DNA of 63,239 bases, filler included, from Saprolegnia diclina VS20 (lineage: Eukaryota), in the NCBI RefSeq assembly GCF_000281045.1. It is 8 parts of 2 records of this genome, joined end to end, with 100 filler letters (N's around TTAATTAATTAA, not from the genome) between each part and the next. Parts side by side here need not be neighbours in the genome. Positions count along the whole stretch, not along the records: positions 32,176 to 45,649 come from NW_008246086.1; positions 45,750 to 56,063 come from NW_008246086.1; 6 more parts are not named here. One strand, 5' to 3'. A program made the translations under genes and the position numbers. The notes below the pieces were generated by a model. It did not search any database, was not told where the DNA came from, and saw only the letters and a program-made list of their open reading frames with translations. Positions 34,113-46,840 of the stretch are shown here, one piece after another. Positions within the stretch are counted from its first letter, which is position 1. Each line of letters begins with the position of its first letter.

Positions 34113-34388
34113 GAGGCCAATGGTGCACTTCAAACGCGCGCACTTTTGCGTTCCTGTACATATTGCAGCCGTGGCCACATTCGCGCGCTTCAGGCGCGTT
34201 GTGTCGACCGGCGGTGCGCATTGATGATCGTCGGTCCAGCACCAAAGCAGCCTCAAACAGCATCGCACTTTATACTAGTACTTAGTATCTAGCTCCTTCG
34301 GCTAGAGCCTTGTTGGTATCGCGTCATCACCCACGGATACGCCCCAGCGCCTTGGCATGCAACATACAGAGCCTTTCGACTCGAACGA

Positions 34389-36806
34389 CTACTCGGCGCA
34401 GTACTCGGCGTAGAGCTCGGCCGCCATCAACGTCGGATCGTGACTCGGCAACGTCGGAACGTCAATCGGTGCCGTCTGCCACTGCACTTCGAACGCGGCG
34501 ATCGCTGCGTGCACGGCGGCTTCGTCCATCGGCATCTTGGTCGCAAATGCCGCGATCGCACCGTCGAGCCAGAGCGTCCAGCGCGGAATGTAGTAGGTCC
34601 CAATGAGCCCGCTCCACTGCTTGGCTGCGTAGTCGCTCAGCGTGTCGCCTTCGCCCCACCGCGTCACTTGGTTTTGCGCCTGGTAGCGAAAGTAGTCTTC
34701 CGTCGTGGGCGCCGCGCAGGCTTTGGCGCTCGCAAGCCACGGACCGAGCATGAACGACGCTGTTGTTCCGAGTAGCGCGTCGATCTGGTGCATGAGCCGC
34801 AACAGGCAGGCGGCGGCGGTCTCGAGCGTCTCGAGTGGCGTCGTTGGCGTCGTGTACAGCTCGCGGAACGCCAAGTACTTGGCCGCCAAGACGCCGCTCA
34901 GCGCCTCCCGGGCCACGTCCACGAGGTCGTGCGTAAATGTGTCGACGCGAGCGAGCGCGGGGTCTTCGATTACGGCGTCCAGCAGAGCACGGTACGCCCG
35001 ACGCACACACGCCATTGTCTCAGTCTTGGCGCTGTTGAGCATCTTCCAGTGCGGGCGGTACGTGAGGAGGCAGCGCGGCGGCGATTTGCCAGCGTAGACC
35101 GACTGCAGCAGCTCATGCCACGCAAGAAGCGCGTGCTTGCTCTCGCCGTGGTACCTAGTTGAAGGTTTGCGTCTCGGCGTAGGGGTAGGTTACCGTACCG
35201 GTGGCGCGCGTAGGCGGCGACCCACGCCTCGATCTCGACCGGCTGCGACGTCCACGCCATGTCGAGCGCAAGTTCGTAGACCACGTAGTTTTGAAAGATG
35301 CCTTCCATGGTCAGGCCGATGCCCAGCATATGGCCATCGCTCTTGGCGCGCGCGTCGACCGGCGCGCTGGCGAGCGTCGGCAAGTTGCCGTGAAGCCCGA
35401 GGTTGCCGCCAAACGTGTGAAGCACGCAGTAGATCCAGCTTTTCCCAAAGTAGTTGTTGGTGCGGCTCCAGACTGGGTACTCGTCACTACCAGATTCCGA
35501 TGTCAGATTTCCGACTCGACCGATTGTCGACTGGAAAAATGTACCTCCAGAGATCCAAGAGGATCATGCGGTCGCTGGGCACACCGCCGAGGTACGCTTC
35601 AATCGCCGCGTTGGTCCAGAACGTCCGCATAAAGTAAAAGAGCCAGCCTTGCATGAGCCAGATTGCATCCGGATCCGACGCCAGCATCGAGTCCATGACG
35701 GCCTTGGCGGACGCGTGCAAGTACGTTGCGTCGGCCGATGGCGGCAGTAGCTCGTTGTACATGTCGGTCTGGTAGACCGACGAGATGTTCTCGCCGTAGA
35801 TCTCGCGCTGCGTGGCGATGAACGCCCGGCCGATGGCGTGGAAGAGCGGGTCCGTTGGCTCGAGCATGTAGACACACGTGTACTCTTTGGGAAACCCCGC
35901 CCACTGGGACGCTTGGCGCATGGCGGCGTCCGGGAAGAGCGTTCGAAGCACGGCCGGGACGTGGCCCGCAAAGGCAGGGAGCGCCGGGAGCATACCGAAG
36001 GCTCGCATGCGGTCCAGGATACGCACCTGGAGCGTTTGCTGGTCGTCGATAAAGTGCTGCGGCAGTGGGCCGTACGGGCCCCAGCTGCCTTGGATGTTGC
36101 CCATGCGCCCCCAGGCCTGGAACGCGGCGCCGGCAAAGAAGGCCTCCAAGCCCGAAGCGTCGACGCCAAACTTCCGCAAGGTCTCGGCCCAGACCTTTTC
36201 TTGGCCGGCGAACGCCAATGGCATGTTGATGCCTGGGATCATGAGGAGGAGGATGATGACGATGATGGAGATGGCGTACCGCAGAGAGCCATCCAGTCGA
36301 TGTGCGCTTCCCACTGCGCCCAGCTCCACGACCACATCGAGTAGCTCGACGTACACACGTTCAAGTAGTACGTGACCTTGGACGCCTTCTTGAGCACGAG
36401 CAGGTGCGAGACCGGCGGCAGCGTCGGCGGCAGCGGCAGCGTGTGGTCATCCCAGTCCGCATGCACGTGCACGTCGCGCTTGAGGTAGGCGTGCAGCGCG
36501 TAGCCCATGGCCGTTGCGCTTGTCCCCGAGATGCGCACACGGTCGCCGTCCATGTCGACCTTGGCCATGTCGAGGCTGTTGGGCGGCGCGGTCATGGGTG
36601 CCACGACAATCTAGGCCGACGGCATGAGCGTCGGTGCTGCATCGCATCTGCCTCTACCTGGTCGACGTACGCATCGCCGAGCTTGCGGCGAATGAGGCCT
36701 TGCAGCGCGGCCGTCGCATCATGGGCGGGGAACTCGAGGTCGACGCCTGGGCAGGGCATGAGGTCGCGTCGTCTCGTTGGGTGACGTCGGTCGTACCTTG
36801 CCGCAT
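34389..36806 (-). CDS. NAGLU: Alpha-N-acetylglucosaminidase (GH89), multi-exon
   Basis: YYLNVCTSSYSMWSW.WAQWEAHIDWMAL, GINMPLAFAGQE, AWGRMGNI, LPAFAGHVP, DMYNE, WLMQGW, LHTFGGN, MEGIFQN, LSDYAAKQWSGL. Both expected catalytic Glu positions are present. Confidence 0.93.
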
Positions 36807-36883
36807 GGTGCCCGTGTCACGAAATCCATCTCCCTCGGTTTAACGACCACTGGTAGCGTATCTTTTCACAAAAGGTCGCGGCC

Positions 36884-37610
36884 ATGGCAGCGGCAATCTG
36901 TCGCGAGCTTGTCGCGCTCCTCTTGAGCAACCTCGCAGCGCTCTTGTCGATCGTAGCCATCTCGATGCCCACATGGTCGACGTCCGCGCTCAGCCCGTCC
37001 ACGCCCAAGGCGGCCTTCACGGCTGGCGTCTGGGGCCTCTGCTTCCACACCGCCAATGAGCCCGCGCTCAACAACTGCTTTGGGTACAACCGTGCGATCG
37101 ATTACAACATCACGCTCGCCAAGGTCCAAGGTAGTACCGATCCTGGTCGTGGTCCCTCTCATCGACGTGTGCTGCTGCTCAGGCGTGTGCGAAATGTACA
37201 GCACCTCGACGCTCCTGTCGACGACCGCGGGCATCCCCAATGAGGCGTTCACACGCTTCATGGACAACGTGTGTGGCAGCCATGGCACGGCGGCGCTCGT
37301 GCTTGCCGGGTTTGGTGTTGCCTGCGGCCTTCTCGCCGCCCTCGCCCTCGTGCTGCACGTCACGATCTGCAAGCGCAAGCTTCGCTCGCTGCCCCGCGTA
37401 GCGCTGTGGAGCTTGGGCTTGAGCTGTGTCTTTGGCATTGCGGCATTAGGTACGTGGGCGGCGATCGCCGGTGGCCTCGCCGGCTCGGGTGTCGCGTTCG
37501 GCGCGTCCTTTCTTCTGCAAGTGTTTGCCGTCGCGCTTGGCGCCGTCGCGTTGGGTATGCTGGCGTGGCACACGTCGCCGCCACAGGACTTTTCGCAGCT
37601 GCTCAAGTGA
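36884..37610 (+). CDS. Claudin/PMP22-superfamily-like four-TM protein, 2 exons
   Basis: TM1 followed by W...GVWGLC...C loop signature, then three more TM helices; intron 37131-37182. Confidence 0.7.
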
Positions 37611-38231
37611 CGGCGCGCCTTTGCAGCGCCGCGATGGCATCCCACGCTGCTTCTCCAAGGAGATCCCTCGTCGACGTCAAGGGGTCGTCGTGGACTAAAA
37701 TCACCACCCTTTACCGCATTAGCCACATCTTGTTTGCGTGCATCAAAGGGTATTATTGCGTGCTGCTAGTGTCACCCAAGTCGCGGCTGCTGGATTGCTT
37801 GCATAGCCGCTTTGTATAGCGTCGCTCGCATAAAACGTGGCACGTGATTCGTTGAAAGCCGTGTCTTTTCAACCAATCCTGGCGCATCCCTTTTGGTGAC
37901 ACAGATACGTCATTGGTCCGTTAGCATGTCGCATGTACGGTCGGTGCTGCGTAGTACGTTGCTGGCAAAGGCTGCCGTCATATCCGTGCCCGTAGATACT
38001 TGAGCCGCAAAGATCATCGACCTACCTAGCGATTATGCACGCTATTGTCTTTATAGTCGAGTACATGGTTGGCTCGACAGCGATCGCGTCGCTGCAGCAC
38101 CCACAGAGGTCGTACGTACATATTGTACGGCGTACATTATCGTACGTACATGCGGTGAGCCCGCGAGATTGCCTTCTGACTGCGGCAACCTCATTTTCAA
38201 AGTGTCTTCACACTAAGAACTACTAAGCAAC

Positions 38232-39573
38232 ATGGTCAAGGTCAGCATCAAGGACGTCGATGTGCGCGGCAAGCGCGTGCTCATGCGCGTCGACTTCAAC
38301 GTCCCGTTCGCGAACGGCGAGATCTCCAACACGCAGCGCGTCGACGCGGCCTTGCCCACGATCCAGTATGCGCTCGACCAGGGCGCCAAGTCGGTCGTCT
38401 TGATGTCGCACCTCGGCCGCCCGGACGGCAACGTCGTCGCCAAGTACTCGCTCAAGCCGGTGGCCACGTGCCTCTCGGCCAAGCTCGGCCGCGACGTGCA
38501 GTTCCTTGACAACTGCGTCGGCGCTGACGTCGAGGCCGCGTGCGCCGACCCGGTCAACGGCTCGGTCATCCTCCTCGAGAACCTCCGCTTCCACGTCGAA
38601 GAGGAAGGCAAGGGCAAGGACGCCGATGGCAACAAGGTCTCGGCCTCGAAGGATGCGGTCGCGGCCTTCCGCGCGTCGCTCAGCAAGCTCGGCGACGTGT
38701 ACGTGAACGACGCGTTCGGCACGGCCCACCGCGCCCACTCGTCGATGGTCGGCGTCGACCTCGAGGTCAAGGCCGCGGGCTTCCTCCTCGATAAGGAGCT
38801 CGTGTACTTTGCCAAGGCGCTCGACGCGCCGGAGCGCCCGTTCCTCTCGATCCTCGGCGGCGCCAAGGTCGCGGACAAGATCCAGCTCATCATGAACATG
38901 CTCGACAAGGTCGACGAGATGATTGTTGGCGGCGGCATGGCCTTCACCTTCAAGAAGGTCATTGACAACATGAACATTGGTGGCTCGCTCTACGACGCCG
39001 ACGGCGCCAAGATCGTGCTCGATATCGTCGAGAAGGCCAAGGCCAAGGGCGTCAAGCTCCACCTCCCGGTCGACTTCATCATTGCCGACAAGTTTTCGGC
39101 GGACGCCAACACGTCGGTCGTCGACGAAGCCGATGGCATCCCGGACGGCTGGATGGGTCTCGACGTCGGCCCCAAGTCCAAGGCCATCTTTGCCGAAGCC
39201 TGCATCCGCGCCAAGACCATTGTGTGGAACGGCCCCATGGGCGTGTTTGAGTTTGACGCGTTTGGTACGTTGAGTTTGAGTTTCGACAATGTGACTCATG
39301 TCTCTATGATAGCCCAGGGCACGAAGGGTGTGATGGACGCGGTCGTCGAAGCCACGCAGAAGGGCGCGACCACGATCATCGGCGGCGGTGACACTGCCAC
39401 GTGCTGCGTCAAGTTTGACACGGAAGACAAGGTACCTAGTCGGTTGCAGAGATTGGCATTGCTCAGCGAGGGATGCTATCTAGGTGAGCCACGTCTCGAC
39501 GGGCGGCGGTGCCAGCTTGGAGCTCCTCGAAGGCAAGATCCTCCCGGGTGTCAACGCCCTCACGGACGCGTAA
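38232..39573 (+). CDS. PGK: Phosphoglycerate kinase, 3 exons
   Basis: [64 protein letters not shown]; introns 39265-39312 and 39432-39483. Confidence 0.98.
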
Positions 39574-39843
39574 TTTGCTTGTGTTTTTTGCCATTTTGAT
39601 AACAAAACGATGATATTCATTCGTCTTTTGTGTTGTGATAGACAACCGGCCAAGGTGCCCAGCGCCGCCAAGCCGACGATGTCGCCGCCGCACTGGTCCC
39701 TTTTGGCCGCGGCCGTCGCCGTGCCCGTCGTGATCGCGCTTGCCGTCTTCCGCAAGAAGTAGAGGTCATATCCTGCTCATTAACCACCGACGTCCAAGCT
39801 CCGTACCCAACTAATATCAGCCCCATGGACTTTGAAATGTGTA

Positions 39844-40653
39844 TTATTGCGTTTCATCCTGGCGCTTGAAGCCGAGCCCAACGAAGAAGATCTCGGTCGA
39901 CTCGGGCCGCGACGACTCGGGCTTCATGGCCTTGACCTGCTCGAAGAACGGCTTGAGCTCTTGCCGGAATTGATCACCGGCCGGCGACCGCAGCACCTTG
40001 GAGACGAACCGGCCGCCGGGTTTGAGGTAGAGCTGCGCCATGCGCAGTGCGTTCTGGCACAAACGCAGCTGGTCTTCGCTGTCGCGGAAGCCAAGCCCCG
40101 AGAAGGACGGCGCCATGTCGCTTAAGACCACGTCGGCTTGCCGGCCGGCCAAGTACTCTGTGATTTTGGCCTGGATCTCGGGCTTGCGGAAGTCGCCGAC
40201 GATGACGCCGACGCCTGGAAACGCGACAAAGTGCAGCAAGTCGATCGCAATGACGTTGACCTTGCCGGGCTTCTCGGGGTCCTCGGGCGGGCTTCCCTTT
40301 CGACACTCGTCGATGGCAATCTACAGCCATACGAATGCCAGGCGCTGGAAGGCAGCGCGAGTACCTGCGTCCAGCCGCCAGGCGCGGCGCCGAGGTCGAT
40401 CACTACGTTGCCTTTGCGCACGACGTTGAATTTCTATAGCATGCTGCATGAGCCATGGTTGCGGATCGATGGGCGGTCGCACCGCGTTGATCTCGCGGAG
40501 CTTGAGTGCAGCGCGGGACCGAAGGCCTTCGCGCTTGGCCTGCTTGACGATGTGGTCATTCTGCTGCCGGTTGAGCCATCGCGCGCTTGAGACCGACTTG
40601 CCCTTCCGGATCGTCGAGAGCCATCGGGCCGAGCTCGGCAGGACTGCTGCCAT
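39844..40653 (-). CDS. MRM2: RrmJ/FtsJ-type rRNA 2'-O-methyltransferase (probably mitochondrial MRM2), multi-exon
   Basis: Transit-peptide-like N-terminus; RSRAALKL, VIDLGAAPGGWTQV, VVLSDMAP, FVSK, KPESSRPESTE. Confidence 0.9.
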
Positions 40654-40961
40654 CGTGACCAGCAGAACAATGGATAGGGAAATGTTATACCGCAGTGTCA
40701 AAATGTGTTAGACCGATGCACCCACAATTAGGTGCCAAAAAGAGGTATCTCAATTCTATTATTTCAAATTAAAACGTCTCCGTTTTGTCATTGAGCCGTG
40801 TTGGCGACTGTTAGACGTGGTTGGTAACGTCATCCCAAGCCTGTTTTAGGACGTGGCAAATGAGTAAAACCTACTTGCGCCGAATTCAACGCTAATTCGG
40901 ACTGGAATTCGGCATCAGTCCTACGTCGTGCAGTCGGACCAGCGTGGACAGACCAAAGACC

Positions 40962-42123
40962 ATGAGCCTCCGCGCCCGCCACGTACCAGGCAGCCCGCTC
41001 ATCACGACGCCGCCGATCCAGAAGGTCGACCTCGCCCGAGACCTCGCGGCCGCGCGGTAGCACCGCCCATGCACAGCTGTGAGCTCATGCCGTGGCGCTA
41101 GGAGCGCGTACAAGCGCCAGGACGTCTCGGCGTCGCGCGCCGCCCACACCAACTGCGTTTGCGAGCCCAGCGGCGCCAAGGCCATTAACGAGCCGGGCCA
41201 CTCGGTCAACTCGATGAAGAACTCGGTGCTCAAGATCGGCGCCGAGTCGGGTATCACCGCGCTCGGCTGCAACCTGCTCTTCCTCACGGCGCTGACGGCC
41301 GCCACCAACGACGCGCCGACGCAGCGCTTGCTTGGGCCGGTACAAAGCGACTCGACGCAATTCATCTGAGAATGCCGTAGGCACTGGCGTTCGCGGTCGC
41401 CGTTGCACTCTTCGCGGGCGTGCTAGCCTACCGCCGCACCGAAGAAGAGCGGTTCGAGTACGAGCGCGAGCGGCGCCGCGAGATGTGGTAGAGGCAGCAA
41501 CGACGCCAAGGGCATGTGATCAACCACTGCGTAGGGAGCTCGACAACTTTCCTGAAGGCGAGAAGGAAGAGATGGTTCAGCTCTACGCAGCGAAGGGCAT
41601 GTCAGTCCACGACGCGACTGTGGTCATCGATCTCATGTCGAAATACGAACACTTCTTCGTCGACATTATGATGATCGAGGAGCTGAGTCTCTTGCCGCCC
41701 AGCACCGTCGTTAGCTCGCGCTTCGTCGGTACGTCATCTCGGGTTACATCGACTACAGCATCGGTAGGGCTCATGACGTGCGCGGGTGGCCTCGCCCTTG
41801 GCCTCGCACCGCTCTTGCTCTTGCACCTGAGCCACTCGCTCCTCTATTTGCACCGAGTTTTCTCTGCGTGGGGTGTGATGACGACGCTGGTCGCGACGAG
41901 CGCGGCGCTGCTACGTGTCTACACGGTATATTCAACTATTGCATTTGGGTGGTCTTTTCTAACAGCAGGACTGTAGTTTACGGGCGCCGAGCACACCAAG
42001 ACGTACTCGTGCGGACGGCTTCAGGTGCAATTGCCGTACGCGATCGAGACCTTTGCAGGTACCTTTGCTGCGATGGGCGGGGCGGCCTGCGTGGCCGCGG
42101 CCATCTGCCGCATAACGTCATAA
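40962..42123 (+). CDS. Divergent VIT1/CCC1-family membrane protein, multi-exon
   Basis: Spliced EYERERRREMWELDNFPEGEKEEMVQLYAAKG...FFVDIMMIEEL matches the VIT1 cytoplasmic metal-binding domain; flanked by TM helices. Confidence 0.75.
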
Positions 42124-45100
42124 TGTATCCTTCATCGTGAACTTTGGTGTTGACGCAACCTGTCTGTGGTCGTGTTAACTCCTCTTGAGTCTTTTAGCGA
42201 GGGTTTCGTATAATAGAAAGAAGAGGAGCACTGAAAACACTTTATGTTTACTCTAGTTAGTCGACTGTAACTAAAGTGGGAACATTCCTTTGGCAACTAG
42301 AGACCGACGGTGTGTTGGAGGTGCGCCGATGCCGAGGGAGGCGCCGAGAGAGGCTCGTCGGCGTCGGAGGCTCAATCGTCGTGCGCTCTTCTTGAGCACT
42401 GCTCAAGAAGAGAGTTCTGCGTAGCATCTGGCGCCACGACGACCTCCAAGACGCGCTTTTGCGCCTCAGACGACCCAAGCGGGAAGATCTTGGACGCGCA
42501 ATGCAAAAAAGCCTCGGCACCGGCGAGCTCGCCGGCTGACCGAGCGTCCTCGAGTTGAGCACTAAGAACGGCAAGTCGAGCACTGGCAATGGCAAGTCGA
42601 GCACTGATCGCGGCGATCTCTTCTTGGAGACTTTGGGCAGCGCGGGCTGTCGCAGCCGCCTTGTCGCGGTCAGCCTTCTCGAGGGCCTCGATCTGCGCGC
42701 GCGACAAGGCGACGGAGGCCTTGATATGATCCGATATTATATTATACGTACCCTTGGTCATATTCAGTACCCAACGTGCACCTCTCGTACCTCCAAACGG
42801 CGGCCGCCTGCCTCATGATGACCAAGCAGGCCGCCATCAACGACCTCTTCAGCCTCATTCCGGCCGCCAACGACCTTTTGACGCTTGTGACCACCCTCGG
42901 CACCACGCGACCAACGTCCATGACTGCCCGGACGTCAACCCGACCCTCGAACGCTACGTGCAACTGCTCGCGATGACGCTCGTGTCATTCACCAACAAGG
43001 TGTCGGCTACAGCTTTCATGCCATGTACCAGGCGCTGTTGACGAAGCTTGTGACTTCGACAGCCATGCGTGCGCGACTCCCCAAGGTGCTCTTCCGAGCG
43101 GCGCCGAGTGGTCAGTCGTTTACACTCCAAGACGCGTAACGCGCAGTCGGCATGCTTTCGGTAGTCAATGTGTGTGGCAACGACCCCGTCGTCTGCCGTC
43201 AGTCGCTTGCCAAGCGCCGCTTGCGTTTATGTGTAATAGGATTAGGTTGCGGAAGCGACAGTGAGAAAGTCAAACCGTTCGTGTTAGCTGATGCACGGGA
43301 AAGTATTTCCCTTTGTTGCTGAAACGCGTCTGTGCTGTATGGGCATCGATCCCGTCAACCAGAACCGGTGAGAACCGGTGTTGGCGGCCTGCGCGTTGTT
43401 CGGTGCTGATCAACCCAATACAACATTGGTGTTGCTTCCTTTCCCCGCTGAAGCGACTCCGAGATTCAACTTGAAGCAATGCAAGCCCTGGTCTGACTGG
43501 GTGATAGCAAAGGTGACGCTCACCAAGCTCAAGGCACTACGAGAATATTCTGCCCATCGCACTCGCGCCGCACCTCTCTCCGCACGAATTGTGGAAGGAA
43601 CGGCTGACCAAAGCTTTGTGGGTGTTAGCGGTGGGTGTTTGGAGCCTGGCAATCGCGCGTCGCTGCGCAACTTCAAGTTGCGTCCAGCATTTTGGTTACG
43701 GTTTATGGGACGGGAAAGCCAATCAGAATGCTCCAATCTCTGCGCGGCAGCCAATCCCGATTGCGCATTTCAAATGCTGGCCCAATCAGCACGCTCCATA
43801 CGCGATCCTGCGATGCGCGGGAAGCGACTCGTGGGTTCCAAAGCTAGCCAATGTATCCGATCTAGCGGACACTCGTACTAGCTCGTGTTCATGTCAATCG
43901 TCAAAAATTACAACGCTGAACGCTAGTTGAGCGCACGCTGGCGACAGGCAGACGGTCGCGATCGCACAAACTGGTCAGATGTACTTGTAGCTGGTTACAA
44001 ATTGGGCTCCTCGAACGCGCACTCAACTATCCGCCTGCATGACCGAACAGCGTCACGTGGTGCGCCCAGATGAAGAAGGCAAAAGTAGTTGCGTGAGGCT
44101 GTCGATCGAGGCTGTTGCTTTGCATTAGTATCTCGACAAACTGATCTGTCTCACAGGAGCAGGACCAAAGGTTCCTCATCCTCTCCGGCTACTGTAGCCA
44201 GCCGCCGCGGCTGCGTGGCAGCATCATTTCTCGTTCTGTAGCCGACGATAATGAAGCTCGATGGATCCACGCGTGCCCGTGACGAAGCAGCAGCAAGCGA
44301 GCAGTTGGTCGCGCTCAAGCGCAAGCTGGCGAGCTCGATGAAGAGAATGACATGCTCGAGGTTCGTTTCCTTTGCGGCACAAGACCCAATCACCACAACT
44401 GAGGATTCCGTGTTTGTAGCGCTTTCTGGCACACCCGTTGCTGCAAGGGTCCGAGCCACACGTAAGTGGAATGTTAACCCGGCGCTTTTCTGACACAAAA
44501 CACATACTAGGTATCTCGGCAGCTCTGAAGCTGCGGGACTCCATCATCACCTCGCTACGCAGCCCGCGCTTGGCAACACGCTGTAGCTCATTGCACTCGA
44601 CGATCTCGTGACCGTTTTGGACTTTCCACCCGTCCGTAGCCTCTCGGTGACCAAGATGTTGAAGGCTCCCTCTGCGATCGATCCGCGGCTCAAGAATCTT
44701 TCGTCGCGACCCGACAGCTACTTCCTCTTGGTGCTTTTCCTCGCGCTGGTGCGCTCTCGCGAGCTCGCGATTGCCGTGGCGACATAGCCGCCGTGCGGCA
44801 TCGTCTCTGACGTGGAACCCCCATGTGGACCGCGACGGACGAAGCAGACGCCAAAACGTCACTTCGTCGCCTGCAGCTCGAGGCTAAGCTCCGTGACGTC
44901 GAGCAACAACTGGCCGCCATGATTCGCGAAGACACGGCTGCGCATGAGGAACTCGAAGAGCTTGAGATGCAGCTCATGCGTACTAGTACTACCTCGCAGC
45001 GCGTCAGATAAGGCAAGTAAGCTGTGCGTCAACACCAGTAGACGGTCGATATTTGCAATCTCGCGCAGTTTTCCTTAAGTCTAATGCACACGTTTGCACT

Positions 45101-46430
45101 GCATAGTGTACTTGATACTTAGTGTGATGGCGGACTGCGCTCGTGACTCGACATATTCTCGCTTTACCGTTCAACTGGCAGGAGGCTGGCGCTTGCACTC
45201 CGCCAATATGGGTTGTGTGCGTGCTACGTAGCGGACACACGCGCCTGTCAACTGTCGATCGTAGTAAAGCTAGCATTCTCGCAGGTCGCGCTTGAAGAAG
45301 TTTGGTTGCCGGGAACGCGTGAAAGACTTGCAGTGGAGGTCGCGTCTACAGCCAAGACTGTGGCCAACAATGGGCAGATGCTCGACGCTGTGACTGCCTT
45401 CCATCGGTGGCGATACAAAATCCATATTCCAATAATGCCACCCAGTGGATGCCACCAATCTCTGGATCTGTTGGGAATGACGATACACTTACCGTTACAT
45501 CTTAATTGGCAACGCACCAGACACTGCCACGTCATGGTACCCGAGCAATAGACGGCGGATCATGCAACGTCAGATAACGATCGGTGATGCTGTACGACTA
45601 GGTCGAGGCGGCAGATCGGTGGATTGCGCAGGTTGAACACACGCGGGGTNNNNNNNNNNNNNNNNNNNNNNNNNNNNNNNNNNNNNNNNNNNNTTAATTA
45701 ATTAANNNNNNNNNNNNNNNNNNNNNNNNNNNNNNNNNNNNNNNNNNNNGGCAAGTGCGCGCGCAGCGCGAAAAATCGGCGGGCGCGGAGCGCCCGCCTC
45801 GAAATGGGCCACGCATAAAGCAAGCTCTCGATAGTAACAGCACTTGTATTCTCTATGGATCTATCGATCTGCGCCGCCAACGCATCGAGCGTCGGCTTGG
45901 AATCGAAGCGCAGTCAAGGAGGGAAAGGAAGCAGAACCGTCCGTAGCTCCTCAGTATGGTTGTCTAGCCCGTGTGGGTTCTCAAGAGGTTGATGGCACCT
46001 GCCGGTTGTCCCCTCCATCGTTCTGCAGAGCAGCTTATTGAGCACACCACTCAACAGAATGCCAGTCATTTCCACGTCAATGCAACGCCGCGCCACAATT
46101 GCATGGGACGAATTGCTCTGCGGGCCCGACGAATAGCTGCGCGTAGTCGGCGTTTGGCGGATCTGCACCCGCCAATCGTCCCTTATTCCGGTAACGTGTC
46201 CTTTTAACAGGCCCGGAAGGCCCTGCAGGGGCCGTAATTCGTCCTCCCCTCGTGATCCGGATCTGTAAATCGTCGTGACTCACGCTATCCGGACGATTAA
46301 TTCGTCCATCCGCCCCGATAATTCGTCCGGATGGGCGAATAAACAGCTCAGATTGGGCTCAAATCCGCCAAAAACGCTGATTATCACAATATCTCTAATA
46401 GTGAATAGGGACGCTGTTGACGGTACCAGG

Positions 46431-46531
46431 TACCGACTTGGGCACGCGCCAGCTCGGCGCCCGTCGACGTCGACGACTCTGTCGCACGGCCTCGTTGATC
46501 AAGCGGCACGGCAAGCGCTGTCGGCCGCGCG
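46431..46531. repeat. Left arm of a long inverted repeat (partner 49226-49326)
   Basis: 101 bp with 5 mismatches to the reverse complement of 49226-49326; homology extends outward with indels to ~46393/49450. Confidence 0.9.
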
Positions 46532-46840
46532 ACAGTACGACCTCTTCTATTCTTGGATGGCTTGACACATTGATGTAGATGTATCAGCACGCAATAAGAT
46601 CGCGTTGCCGTCGACGCTGGCCGTCGCAATACGAAATGGCTTCTGTTTGGTGTTGTTTCGGGGTGTTGTAGGAATTGGACCGAGCGCCGCGACAGTCGCC
46701 TTCGTACCGAGGTCGTACGCAGTCGTTGGGTGTCGAGTGCTGTCGGCTCTGTACGTGGGAAAGGCTGTGCACAAAAGGTGTAAAATCAAAAACGTGTATG
46801 AAACTCGACCATTTTCATTCCCGGTTTCGCCTCGACCAGC

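Noticed and set aside
39600..39830. Short ORFs between PGK and MRM2
   Set aside because: No convincing start, promoter or motif; probably convergent 3' UTRs.
1136..40590. Many long overlapping or antisense ORFs (e.g. 5387-6310, 8925-9962, 11620-12633, 38223-39299)
   Set aside because: These are shadows of GC3-rich real genes; the translations are Arg/Ala-rich and have no motifs.
21652..42123. NIPA, SLC25A39/40 and VIT1-like genes as a metal-homeostasis cluster
   Set aside because: They are separated by contig joins and unrelated genes, with no evidence of co-regulation.
42372..45011. Coiled-coil-like ORF fragments, one faintly similar to the 46841 protein
   Set aside because: The similarity is explainable by heptad composition, and no coherent gene model could be built.
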